A stretch of 64,000 nucleotides of DNA from an uncultured bacterium (GTDB lineage: Bacteria > Krumholzibacteriota > Krumholzibacteriia > Krumholzibacteriales > Krumholzibacteriaceae): NCBI GenBank assembly GCA_963786935.1, contig CAWBAN010000002.1, positions 64,001 through 128,000 of the forward strand, given 5' to 3'. This document shows, one piece after another, positions 26,461 to 36,922 of this stretch. The first letter of the stretch is position 1. Each line of letters opens with the position of its first letter. The position numbers were made by a program, and so were the translations under genes. The notes beneath the pieces are model-generated. The model was not told where the DNA came from. It saw nothing but the letters and a program-made list of their open reading frames with translations, and ran no database searches.

Positions 26461-28995
26461 CTATTTCTCTTCGGGCTCCTCGCCCGTCTCGTCGCCGGCT
26501 TCTTCGTCGAGCGCCTCGTCTCCTTCGGGCTCCTCCCCTTCGTCCCCTTCCGCCGCTTCCCCTTCCGCGATCTTCTCGCCGGCCATGAGGGCGACGTCGA
26601 CGACGGCGTCCCCTTCGCCGAGGCTGATGAGCTTCACGCCCTTCGCGGGCCTTCCGAGAATGGAAATGCTGTTCACCGGAGAGCGGATGATGATTCCGTT
26701 GCGGGTGATGATCATCACCTCGTCCTCCTCGATCACTTCCTTGACGCAGACGAGATCGCCGTTGCGCTCGTCGGTCGAGATGGCGACGACGCCCTTGCCG
26801 CCGCGCTTGATGTTCCGGAAGTCGGCGATCCGCGTGCGCTTGCCGTAGCCGTGTTCGGTCACGGCGAGGAGCTCGGCGCCGCGCTTCACGACGACCATCG
26901 CGACTACCTTGTCGTCCTTGTCGAGCTTCACGCCCGTCACGCCCTGCGTCGAGCGCCCCATGTCGCGGACGTCCTTCTCGCTGAAGCGGATCGCCTTGCC
27001 CTTGCGCTTGGCGAGGATGACGTCGTCGTTGCCCGAGGTGAGCTTCGCCGCGATGAGCTCGTCCCCCTCGCGGAGGATGACGGCGATGATGCCGCCGCGG
27101 CGCGGGTTCGCGTAGGCGGAGATGTGCGTCTTCTTGATGAAGCCGTCCTTCGTGGCGAGCATGAGGTAGGCGTCCTGCTTGAAATCGCCCACCGGCACGA
27201 AGGCGGTGATCTTCTCGTCGCGGCCCATCTCGAGGAGATTCACGATCGCCTTGCCGCGCGCGAGACGGCCTCCCTGCGGCAGCTCGTGCACCTTCACCCA
27301 GAAGCAGCGCCCCTTGTCGGTGAAGAAGAGGATGTAGCTGTGCGTCGAGGCGATGAAGAGGTGCTCGATGAAATCCTCGTCCTTCATGCCCATCCCGGAG
27401 ACGCCCTTGCCGCCGCGGCGCTGGCGCCGGTAGGTCCCCGTCGGGATACGCTTGATGTAGCCGGTGTGGGTGATCGTGATGATCATGTTCTCTTCGGCGA
27501 TCAGGTCCTCGATCTGGAATTCTCCCTCCTGATCGACGATGTCGGTGCGGCGCTCGTCGCCGAAGCGCTCGTTCAAGTCGTCGAGCTCCTCGCGGATGAT
27601 GCCGAGGAGGCGCGTGCGGCTCTCGAGGATCGAGCGGTAGTACTCGATCTTCTTGATGAGCTCGAGATACTCGTCCTCGATCTTCTTGCGCTCGAGGCCG
27701 GTGAGGCGCTGGAGCCTGAGGTCGAGGATCGCCTGCGCCTGAATCTCCGAGAGCTTGAACTTCTTGATGAGCCCCTGCCGGGCCTCGTCCGGCGAGGCGC
27801 TCTTCTTGATCAGCTGGATGATCTCGTCGATATGGTCGAGCGCGATCTTGTATCCCTCGAGGATGTGGGCCCGCTCCTCTGCGCGGGCGAGGTCGTACTT
27901 CGTGCGCCGCGTGATGACGTCCTCGCGGTGCTCGAGGAATCGCTCCATGAGCTCCTTGAGGTTCATGACGACGGGGCGCATCTTGTCGAGGGCGAGCATG
28001 ATGATGCCGAACGTCACCTGAAGCTGCGTGTGGGCGAAGAGCTGGTTGAGGACGACCTTCGGGAAGGCGTCCTTCTTGAGCTCGATGGCGATGCGCATCC
28101 CTTCCTTGTCCGATTCGTCGCGGATGTCGGAGATGCCCTCGAGCTTCCCTTCGTGCACGAGCTGCGCGATCTTTTCGATGATGGAGGCCTTGTTCGTCTG
28201 ATAGGGGATCTCGCTCACGATGACGCTCATCTTGCCGCTCTTCTGCGTTTCGATCGTCGCGCGGGCGCGCAGAATGATCTTTCCTCGGCCCGTCGTGTAG
28301 GCCTCGCGGATGCCGGCCCGCCCGTAGATGATGCCGCCCGTCGGGAAATCGGGCCCCGTGACGAGCTTCGAGATGTCCTCGGGAGTCGCGGCGGGATTGT
28401 CGAGAAGCAGCTTGAGCCCGGCGACGATCTCGCTGAAGTTATGCGGGGGTATATTCGTCGCCATGCCGACGGCGATCCCGGCGGCCCCGTTGACGAGGAG
28501 GTTCGGCACCTTGCCCGGCAGCACGAGCGCCATCTGGCGCGTCTCGTCGTAGTTGGGCCCGAGCTCGACCGTTTCTTTTTCGAGATCGGCGAGGAGCTCC
28601 TCGGCGACCTCGGTCATCCGCACCTCGGTATATCGTTCGGCCGCGGGAGGGTCTCCGTCGACCGAACCGAAGTTCCCCTGGCCGTCGACGAGGGGATAGC
28701 GCATCGAGAAATCCTGCGCCATGCGGGCGACCGCATCGTATACGCTGGACGTGCCGTGGGGATGGTAGTTGCCGGTCACATCTCCGGTGAGCTTCGCGGA
28801 CTTGCGGTACGGCTTGTTGTGCGCGATGCCGAGGTCGTTCATCGCGAGCAGGATGCGCCGGTGGACCGGCTTGAGGCCGTCGCGAACGTCGGGGAGCGCG
28901 CGGGAAACGATGACGCTCATCGAGTAGTCGAGATAGCTGCTCTGCATCTCATCTTCTATATAGACCGGGATGATCCGCTGGCGGCTGATGTCCAT
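26461..28995 (-). CDS. gyrA: DNA gyrase subunit A
   Basis: RALPDVRDGLKPVHRR, RYTE, GyrA-box QRRGGKG, acidic tail. Confidence 0.98.
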   Translation of the reverse strand: MDISRQRIIPVYIEDEMQSSYLDYSMSVIVSRALPDVRDGLKPVHRRILLAMNDLGIAHNKPYRKSAKLTGDVTGNYHPHGTSSVYDAVARMAQDFSMRYPLVDGQGNFGSVDGDPPAAERYTEVRMTEVAEELLADLEKETVELGPNYDETRQMALVLPGKVPNLLVNGAAGIAVGMATNIPPHNFSEIVAGLKLLLDNPAATPEDISKLVTGPDFPTGGIIYGRAGIREAYTTGRGKIILRARATIETQKSGKMSVIVSEIPYQTNKASIIEKIAQLVHEGKLEGISDIRDESDKEGMRIAIELKKDAFPKVVLNQLFAHTQLQVTFGIIMLALDKMRPVVMNLKELMERFLEHREDVITRRTKYDLARAEERAHILEGYKIALDHIDEIIQLIKKSASPDEARQGLIKKFKLSEIQAQAILDLRLQRLTGLERKKIEDEYLELIKKIEYYRSILESRTRLLGIIREELDDLNERFGDERRTDIVDQEGEFQIEDLIAEENMIITITHTGYIKRIPTGTYRRQRRGGKGVSGMGMKDEDFIEHLFIASTHSYILFFTDKGRCFWVKVHELPQGGRLARGKAIVNLLEMGRDEKITAFVPVGDFKQDAYLMLATKDGFIKKTHISAYANPRRGGIIAVILREGDELIAAKLTSGNDDVILAKRKGKAIRFSEKDVRDMGRSTQGVTGVKLDKDDKVVAMVVVKRGAELLAVTEHGYGKRTRIADFRNIKRGGKGVVAISTDERNGDLVCVKEVIEEDEVMIITRNGIIIRSPVNSISILGRPAKGVKLISLGEGDAVVDVALMAGEKIAEGEAAEGDEGEEPEGDEALDEEAGDETGEEPEEK

Positions 28996-29012
28996 GCAAT
29001 GCTCCTATCCTG

Positions 29013-30926
<1,914 letters not shown>

Positions 30927-31235
30927 TTATCTCTTCTCCCTTTCGATCTCGAGGCGAATCCCCTTGACCGTGACCTTCGGATATTCCGCTTTGATGCGGT
31001 CGACGATCTGCTTCTGGTGAAACCAGAGCTCCTGCATCCAGACGCTGTTCTCGACTTCTATGAAGAGGATGCCGTCTTTCAGCATCCGCGGGCGGCTCTT
31101 TTTCGCGATCACGGGCCCCACCACCTCCGCCCAGCCCTTCATGAGCTTCACCTCTTCGAACCGGTCGTCGAGCCCCATGAGATGGAGCACGCGGGGGAGG
31201 ATCTCCCCGACCTTCGCGGACGCTTTCGTATCCAC
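30927..31235 (-). CDS. dciA: DUF721 / DciA helicase-loader family protein
   Basis: 'W.EVVGPVIA', 'GILFIEVENSVWMQEL'; located between recF and gyrB; GTG start with GGAGG. Confidence 0.8.
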   Translation of the reverse strand: MDTKASAKVGEILPRVLHLMGLDDRFEEVKLMKGWAEVVGPVIAKKSRPRMLKDGILFIEVENSVWMQELWFHQKQIVDRIKAEYPKVTVKGIRLEIEREKR

Positions 31236-31357
31236 GGTGAAGCGTACCTCCCTGCGGATATGGAATTTTACGAACAAACGCCGGAAAAATACACAAAAAT
31301 TAGTCTCGCCGCAGCCCTTTTTTCGCCCGCCGTGCGCGCCCGCATCGATACGCGGGT

Positions 31358-31480
31358 GGCGGCGGACATTCCCGCGAACGAGCCCATGGGAGCCCTGCGC
31401 CTGAACCTGGCGCCGGACATTCCCGCGACGAACCCATTGGAGGCTCTGCGACTGGGTTCGGAGCGGGAATGTCCGGCGCC
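31358..31480. repeat. Palindromic intergenic element, copy 2: one diverged left-arm unit plus the full hairpin unit
   Basis: 31409-31480 has perfect 18-bp terminal inverted repeats GGCGCCGGACATTCCCGC/GCGGGAATGTCCGGCGCC and is near-identical to 17881-17950. Confidence 0.85.
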
Positions 31481-31497
31481 ACCCCCTCGCGGCCGGG

Positions 31498-32604
31498 TTA
31501 TCCCGCGGGTGCGATCGCCCCGTTCTCGACGGTGAAACGGGCGGCGTCTGGGCCCGCGGCCCCGAATTCCTCCGGCCGCGGCGTCGTGATGAAGCTCTGG
31601 TAGCTGTCGGCCAGGTGCGTCCTCACCCGCTCCGCCGTCTCCCGATCGAGCTCGGAGAATATGTCGTCGAGGAGCACCACCGGGCGCTCCCCCCGCCGGT
31701 CGAGGATCGTGAGGGCCTGCGCCAGCTTGAGCACGAGCGCGGCGAGCCGCTTGCGCCCCTGCGATCCGAAGCGCCTGATCTCGGCGTCCTCGAGGAAGAT
31801 CCTGATATCGTCGTACTGCGGCCCCGCCATCGTGTAGCCCCGGCGCCGCTCCGCCTCGCGGACCCTCGCCAGCGCCTCCGCGAGCGCCTCTTCCGGCTCC
31901 TTGTCCGCGGAGTTGAAGGAGCAGACATACTTCAGGTCGAAGGCGGCCGCGTCCCCGAGGATCTCCCCGAGGAGGGTGCGCGCGCGCGCCACGATCTCCC
32001 GCATCGTCTCGAGGCGCATCCGCACGATCGCGCCCCCCTTCTCGGCGAGAGCGGCGTCCCACGGCTCGATCCCTGCCGGGACGGCGCAGTCGCGCGCCGC
32101 GCGCTCGAGGAGGGCGTTCCGCTGCCGCAGCGCCCCCCGGTACTCCTTGATCCCCCGCAGGTACTGCGGGGAGATCTGGGCCGCCGTGTAGTCGATGTAG
32201 GCCCGCCTGCCGGCCGGAGGCCCCGAGGCGAGGAGGATGTCCTCCGCGACGAAAATGACTCCCGGAATGATCCCGACGATCTCGGCGAGCCCCGAGGCCT
32301 TCCGCCCGTTGCTCGAGACCTTCGTCCGGCCTCCCCGCTCGGCCCCCGCCTCGAGCGCGAAATCGACCCCGGCATCGCTTCGCCCCTCGAGCCGGGCGAA
32401 GAAATACTCCTCGCCGAAGCGGATCGCCTCGTCGAGGTTCCGGGTCCTGAACGATCGCCCGAGGGAGAAGAGATAGATCGCCTCGAGGAGATTCGTTTTC
32501 CCCTGCGCGTTTCGCCCCGTGATGAGGTTGAACGCGGGCGAGAACGAAAGCTCCGCCCGCGCGATGTTACGGAAATTAACGAGCTTGACGCCCCGAACGA
32601 TCAC
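31498..32604 (-). CDS. recF: DNA replication/repair protein RecF
   Basis: NFRN, GRNAQGKTN, RSFR, QRNALL, SQG, LLDDIFSELD. Confidence 0.95.
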   Translation of the reverse strand: MIVRGVKLVNFRNIARAELSFSPAFNLITGRNAQGKTNLLEAIYLFSLGRSFRTRNLDEAIRFGEEYFFARLEGRSDAGVDFALEAGAERGGRTKVSSNGRKASGLAEIVGIIPGVIFVAEDILLASGPPAGRRAYIDYTAAQISPQYLRGIKEYRGALRQRNALLERAARDCAVPAGIEPWDAALAEKGGAIVRMRLETMREIVARARTLLGEILGDAAAFDLKYVCSFNSADKEPEEALAEALARVREAERRRGYTMAGPQYDDIRIFLEDAEIRRFGSQGRKRLAALVLKLAQALTILDRRGERPVVLLDDIFSELDRETAERVRTHLADSYQSFITTPRPEEFGAAGPDAARFTVENGAIAPAG

Positions 32605-32671
32605 CCGCCGTCACCCCCGCCGCCCGCCTGCGCTCGCTGAGCGCGCAGGCACCGCCGCCCCGCCCGGACGA

Positions 32672-33778
32672 TCACCCGATCCTCAGGGGCATGATGATGC
32701 AGACCTGCTTGAGGTTCCCGCCCTCGCTCGCCGGCTTCACGACGGCGGCGTTGTCGGGCCGGTCGAGGAGGAACGCAATCTCTTCCGCGTCGACCGTCCG
32801 CAGGATATCGAGAACGTAGTTGGCGTTGTAGCCGACATCCATCGCCTCGCCGGAGAAGGAGGCGTCGATCTCCTCGCGCGCCTCGCCGAGCTCCTGGGTG
32901 CTCACGTTGAGCACGACCTTGGACTTGGCGATCGAGAAGACGACCTGCTTCGTGAGCGAGTCGGAGAGGATGGAGACGCGCTTCGTCGCCTCCTGGATGG
33001 CCGAGCGCGAGACGATGAGCTCCTTCTCGTTCTTGGCCGGGATCACCCGCTGATAGTTGGGGAACGGTCCCTCGAGGAGCCTCGAATAGATCGTCGTTTC
33101 CTTCATGTCGAAGCTGATGCTGTTCTCGCCGATCGAGATCCGCACCTCTTTTTCTCCCTCGGTGTAGGTCCGCATCGTCTGGAGCGCCTTCGGGGGAACG
33201 ATGACCTCCATTTTCTGCACGGTGCCGAGGTCGAGCGCGATCTCCACCTTGGCGAGCCGGTGCCCGTCGGTGGCCACCATCGAAATGCCCTTGCGGTCAA
33301 CTTCCCAGAGAACGCCGCACAGCGCCGGCCGTGTCAGGTCGGTCGATACCGCGTAGCTCGTCTTCTGCACGAGCGCCGTCACGATCTCGGGATCGATCGT
33401 GAAATTCGTCTTGCTCTCCTGCTTGGGCAGCTTCGGAAAATCGTCCGCGCTCCGCGCGTTCATGACGAACCGGCTCTTCCCGCAGGAAATCGTCAACTTC
33501 TCCCCCTCGACGTCGAGCTGGACCTCTTCGCCGGCCAGCGATTTCACGATCTCGGCGAGCTTCTTCGCCGGCACGGCGATCTTCCCCTCGGCCGTGACGG
33601 TCCCGTTGACCTTCGACGTCACCGAGATATCGAGATCGGTGGCGGAAATACTGAACACGCCGCTCTCCGCGCTCATAAGGACGGTCGATAGAATGGGCAT
33701 CGTCGTTTTGCTCGGGACGACGCCCGAAATGGCGTTCATTTTATGGGTGAGCTCGCTGAGAGGGACACTGACCTTCAC
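32672..33778 (-). CDS. dnaN: DNA polymerase III beta clamp
   Basis: ATDLD, ATDGHRLA, SRLLEGPFPNYQRVIP, IMPLR; GTG start with GGAGG. Confidence 0.97.
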   Translation of the reverse strand: MKVSVPLSELTHKMNAISGVVPSKTTMPILSTVLMSAESGVFSISATDLDISVTSKVNGTVTAEGKIAVPAKKLAEIVKSLAGEEVQLDVEGEKLTISCGKSRFVMNARSADDFPKLPKQESKTNFTIDPEIVTALVQKTSYAVSTDLTRPALCGVLWEVDRKGISMVATDGHRLAKVEIALDLGTVQKMEVIVPPKALQTMRTYTEGEKEVRISIGENSISFDMKETTIYSRLLEGPFPNYQRVIPAKNEKELIVSRSAIQEATKRVSILSDSLTKQVVFSIAKSKVVLNVSTQELGEAREEIDASFSGEAMDVGYNANYVLDILRTVDAEEIAFLLDRPDNAAVVKPASEGGNLKQVCIIMPLRIG

Positions 33779-33974
33779 GCCGCTACCTCCTGCCGTGGAG
33801 AGCACGAATGCGTACGAATTTCCAGCTCATTCGAAAATTGAAAAACCATAATACGGCATGCCCCGCGTACCTTCAAGGGAAAACGCCCGGCGCCTCAAAA
33901 AACCCGCCGCCCCCCCCTTCACACAACCGCCTACGGTTTTAAAACGCCGACGCCATCTTCTCTCTGATTACTCC

Positions 33975-34180
33975 GGATCCTAGTTATAGAAAAATCTAGG
34001 AGTAGGAGTAGGCCCTGTTGATTTGTTGAAACCCTCAAAATTCCCAACCCCCCACGCTTCGTTCTCCCTTTCCGCCGTGTTGAGTGCCCTGTGGGAATCC
34101 CGGGCTTTTCAACAAAAGGGGCGCGGCGGAGGCGATATCACCGGGTATCAACAGGGCGCGGTGTTGACAATGTGGGCAAG
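33975..34180. other. oriC: oriC unwinding region: DnaA-trios, GC spacer and DnaA-box cluster
   Basis: TAG-GAG-TAG-GAG-TAG (33997-34011), GCCC, tandem boxes TGTTGATTT/TGTTGAAAC (34016-34032); further boxes at 34106, 34145, 34162 and 34171; lies between dnaA and dnaN. Confidence 0.8.
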
Positions 34181-34200
34181 CCCCGGATACCGGCGCCGGA

Positions 34201-35550
34201 TCAGGACGAAAGCTCTTCGAGGAGCGCCTGATATTTCCTGCGGAGCGACACGTCCCGGTCGAGCTCCCGCTTCACCTTGGAGATCGCGTGGAGAACGGTG
34301 CTGTGGTCGCGGCCGCCGAAACGCTTCCCGATCTCGACGAGGGACAGCTCGGTCAGCTCCCGCGAGAGATAGATGCCGACCTGCCGCGCGATGACGACCC
34401 GCGCGATCCTCGTTTTGGCCCGGAGGCTGTCGATCGGGATGTCGAAATGCTGGGCGACCGCTTTCTGGATGGCCTGCACGGCGATCTTCTTCGGCGCACC
34501 GCCCCGCACGAGGTCGGCCAGCACCTCGCGCGCCATTTCCGTCGTGATCTCGCGGCTCGTGAGGCTCGAGTAGGCGAGCAGCTTGATGAGGGAGCCCTCG
34601 AGCTCCCGGATGTTGGACTTCGCGTTCTCCGCGATGAGCTGGATGACGTCGTCGGGGATCTGGATGTTTTCCTTCTCGACCTTTTTCCGGAGGATCGCGA
34701 TCCGCGTCTCGGTGTCGGGGGGCTGGATGTCCGCGATGAGTCCCCACTCGAAACGGGACGTGAGCCGATCCTGCAGCGTCGGGATCTCCTTCGGAGGCCG
34801 GTCGCTCGTGACGACGATTTGCTTGTTCGCGTTATGGAGCGTGTTGAAGGTGAAGAAGAACTCCTCCTGCGTGCTCTCCTTCCCCGCGAGGAAGTGGACG
34901 TCGTCGATGAGGAGGATGTCGATGTTTCGGTAGCGGTCCTTGAACTCGTGCGTGATCCCCGAGCGGATCGCGAGGATCAGGTCGTTCATGAAGCCTTCCG
35001 CCGAGACGTACGAGATGCGCATCTTGGGGAACTTCTCGATGACGCGGTGCCCGATGGCCTGGATGAGATGCGTCTTCCCGAGGCCGGCGCCGCCGTAGAT
35101 GAAGAGCGGGTTGTAAGCGCGCGCGGGATTGTTGGCGACGGCGTCCGCCGCGGCGTGCGCGAAGCGGTTGCCGCTGCCGACGACGAACTCCTCGAACACG
35201 TATCGCGCGTTGAGCTGCGCGTTCTCCGGCACGACGACCGGCTCGTTCACGATCATCGCGCGCGCCGCGCTCGCCTCGGGCGCGGAAACGCGCGGCGGCG
35301 CCGCGGACGCCCTGAACTCGAGCTGCACGGGAATGCCGAGCGTCTCGCTCGCCGCGCGCTCGATCTTCTCCCGGTGATGCTCCGCGAGCCAATCGATGAA
35401 GAACGGGTTGGGCCCCTCGATCACGAGGAGCCCGTTCTCGAAGCTCAAAAGCCGCGTCGGCTTGAACCATGTCTGGAAGGTTTGGGCGTTCACGTGGGCG
35501 CTCACGCGCTCGAGAATGGAGTCCCAGAGGTGTTTGAGGCGGTCTTTCAT
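34201..35550 (-). CDS. dnaA: Chromosomal replication initiator DnaA
   Basis: YNPLFIYGGAGLGKTHL, LLIDDV, QEEFF, SRFEWGL, RELEG, GGRDHSTV. Confidence 0.98.
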   Translation of the reverse strand: MKDRLKHLWDSILERVSAHVNAQTFQTWFKPTRLLSFENGLLVIEGPNPFFIDWLAEHHREKIERAASETLGIPVQLEFRASAAPPRVSAPEASAARAMIVNEPVVVPENAQLNARYVFEEFVVGSGNRFAHAAADAVANNPARAYNPLFIYGGAGLGKTHLIQAIGHRVIEKFPKMRISYVSAEGFMNDLILAIRSGITHEFKDRYRNIDILLIDDVHFLAGKESTQEEFFFTFNTLHNANKQIVVTSDRPPKEIPTLQDRLTSRFEWGLIADIQPPDTETRIAILRKKVEKENIQIPDDVIQLIAENAKSNIRELEGSLIKLLAYSSLTSREITTEMAREVLADLVRGGAPKKIAVQAIQKAVAQHFDIPIDSLRAKTRIARVVIARQVGIYLSRELTELSLVEIGKRFGGRDHSTVLHAISKVKRELDRDVSLRRKYQALLEELSS

Positions 35551-35657
35551 GGCCGAAACGAGAGGAAAAAAGCCCCCCGATCGCCCCCCGGGATCCCGTA
35601 AAACGGGCGACGAGATCCCGGGCGGAGATCGTTCAAAATCTCACCGAATTGCGGCGA

Positions 35658-35788
35658 TTGCCCACAAATGTGGATAACCGTGCAATTTCATATTTCACAA
35701 GAGAATCAGCAGGATTAGAATATCACTTCCAGAGCGTTATCCACAATTGAAAAATGCAGCCGGGCCAGATGTAAGACAGTGTGGTTAT
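35658..35788. promoter_or_regulatory. DnaA boxes upstream of dnaA
   Basis: Perfect TGTGGATAA (35669-35677) and TTATCCACA (35737-35745); near-matches at 35658 and 35780. Confidence 0.8.
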
Positions 35789-36031
35789 TATCGCTCATGG
35801 GGAAACATCCCCTCATCCCGCGCGGGGAAATCTATCATGCCCCCCGCGGCGTATCAAGGAAATTCTCGCGGGCGGGGGAAAATAATTGTAACACGAAGCC
35901 CGGCAACGAATTAAAAAAACACAAAAGCACATTTGACCCTTGACGCCGAAAACGGCCCCGGAAGCTGTCGCGGGACGATGCGGGGAAAGGCCCGAGGGGA
36001 CGCCACGAAACGAGACCGCGGCATTATTCGC

Positions 36032-36060
36032 TTGACATTCATTTAAGACTTTTCTATCCT
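36032..36060 (+). promoter_or_regulatory. Putative sigma70 promoter of the rpmH operon
   Basis: TTGACA-17 nt-TATCCT. Confidence 0.6.
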
Positions 36061-36125
36061 ATTCTGCTTTTATATAATAGGGCATATCGACCAGGGAAGA
36101 TACCCATCACCGGAGAAGGTGCACG

Positions 36126-36260
36126 ATGAAGCGAACGTTTCAGCCTCATAACACGAGAAGGAAGACGACGCACGGATTTCGCAAGAGAATGAGCACGAAG
36201 AACGGCCGGCTGGTTCTGAAAAGGAGGAGAGCGAAAGGAAGAAAACGCCTGAGCGTCTGA
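36126..36260 (+). CDS. rpmH: 50S ribosomal protein L34
   Basis: Manual translation [44 protein letters not shown] (below the ORF-track size cutoff). Confidence 0.97.
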   Translation: MKRTFQPHNTRRKTTHGFRKRMSTKNGRLVLKRRRAKGRKRLSV

Positions 36261-36280
36261 TCGCGAGGGAAGATATCCGC

Positions 36281-36625
36281 ATGCAATCGCGGAGCCTCAA
36301 GAAGAATAGTCAGTTTCGTCTTGTTTATAGTGAAGGAATGAGGGAAGCCGGGACGAAGGTCGTCATTTACTTTCTCAAGCGCGAAAGCGACGGAGTCGTG
36401 CCCGGGTTCGTAGCGAGCAAAAAAATCGGAAAGGCCTATCAGCGGAACAAGGCGAAGAGGTACATGAGAGAGATATTCAGAAAGCTGGAGAGTCGTTTCA
36501 TCGACACGAATCTCTGGATCGTTTTTGTGGCCTCTTTTCGCCCCGCGGAATGCACGTATCACGAGATCTTGGCTGACGTCGAAGGATCGTTGGGTAGGGC
36601 TGGACTCATCACGACAAACGGATGA
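36281..36625 (+). CDS. rnpA: Ribonuclease P protein component
   Basis: 'GFVASKKIGKAYQRNKAKRYMRE'; synteny. Confidence 0.92.
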   Translation: MQSRSLKKNSQFRLVYSEGMREAGTKVVIYFLKRESDGVVPGFVASKKIGKAYQRNKAKRYMREIFRKLESRFIDTNLWIVFVASFRPAECTYHEILADVEGSLGRAGLITTNG

Positions 36626-36846
36626 TATCGCGAATTCTCACACGGATCGGCCTTGCGGCTGTGCACATATACAGAGTGGCTGTTTCTCCCTATCATCCAC
36701 CGGTGTGCCGATTCACGCCTTCATGTTCGCGGTACGCGGAGGACGCGCTCCGGCGGCACGGGCCCGCGAAGGGATCCGCGCTCGCGATCAAGCGCCTCCT
36801 GCGATGCCATCCCTTCTCGAGCGGCGGCTACGATCCCGTGCGGTGA
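36622..36846 (+). CDS. yidD: Membrane protein insertion efficiency factor
   Basis: CRFTPSCSRY, RCHPF, GGYDPV. Confidence 0.95.
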   Translation: MISRILTRIGLAAVHIYRVAVSPYHPPVCRFTPSCSRYAEDALRRHGPAKGSALAIKRLLRCHPFSSGGYDPVR

Positions 36847-36922
36847 CGCGATAGAGCCTCGTTCGCCTGCGGACCCCCGATAACGCCTCAGAGACCCTCC
36901 GGTTTCCGAACGAAAGGACTAC

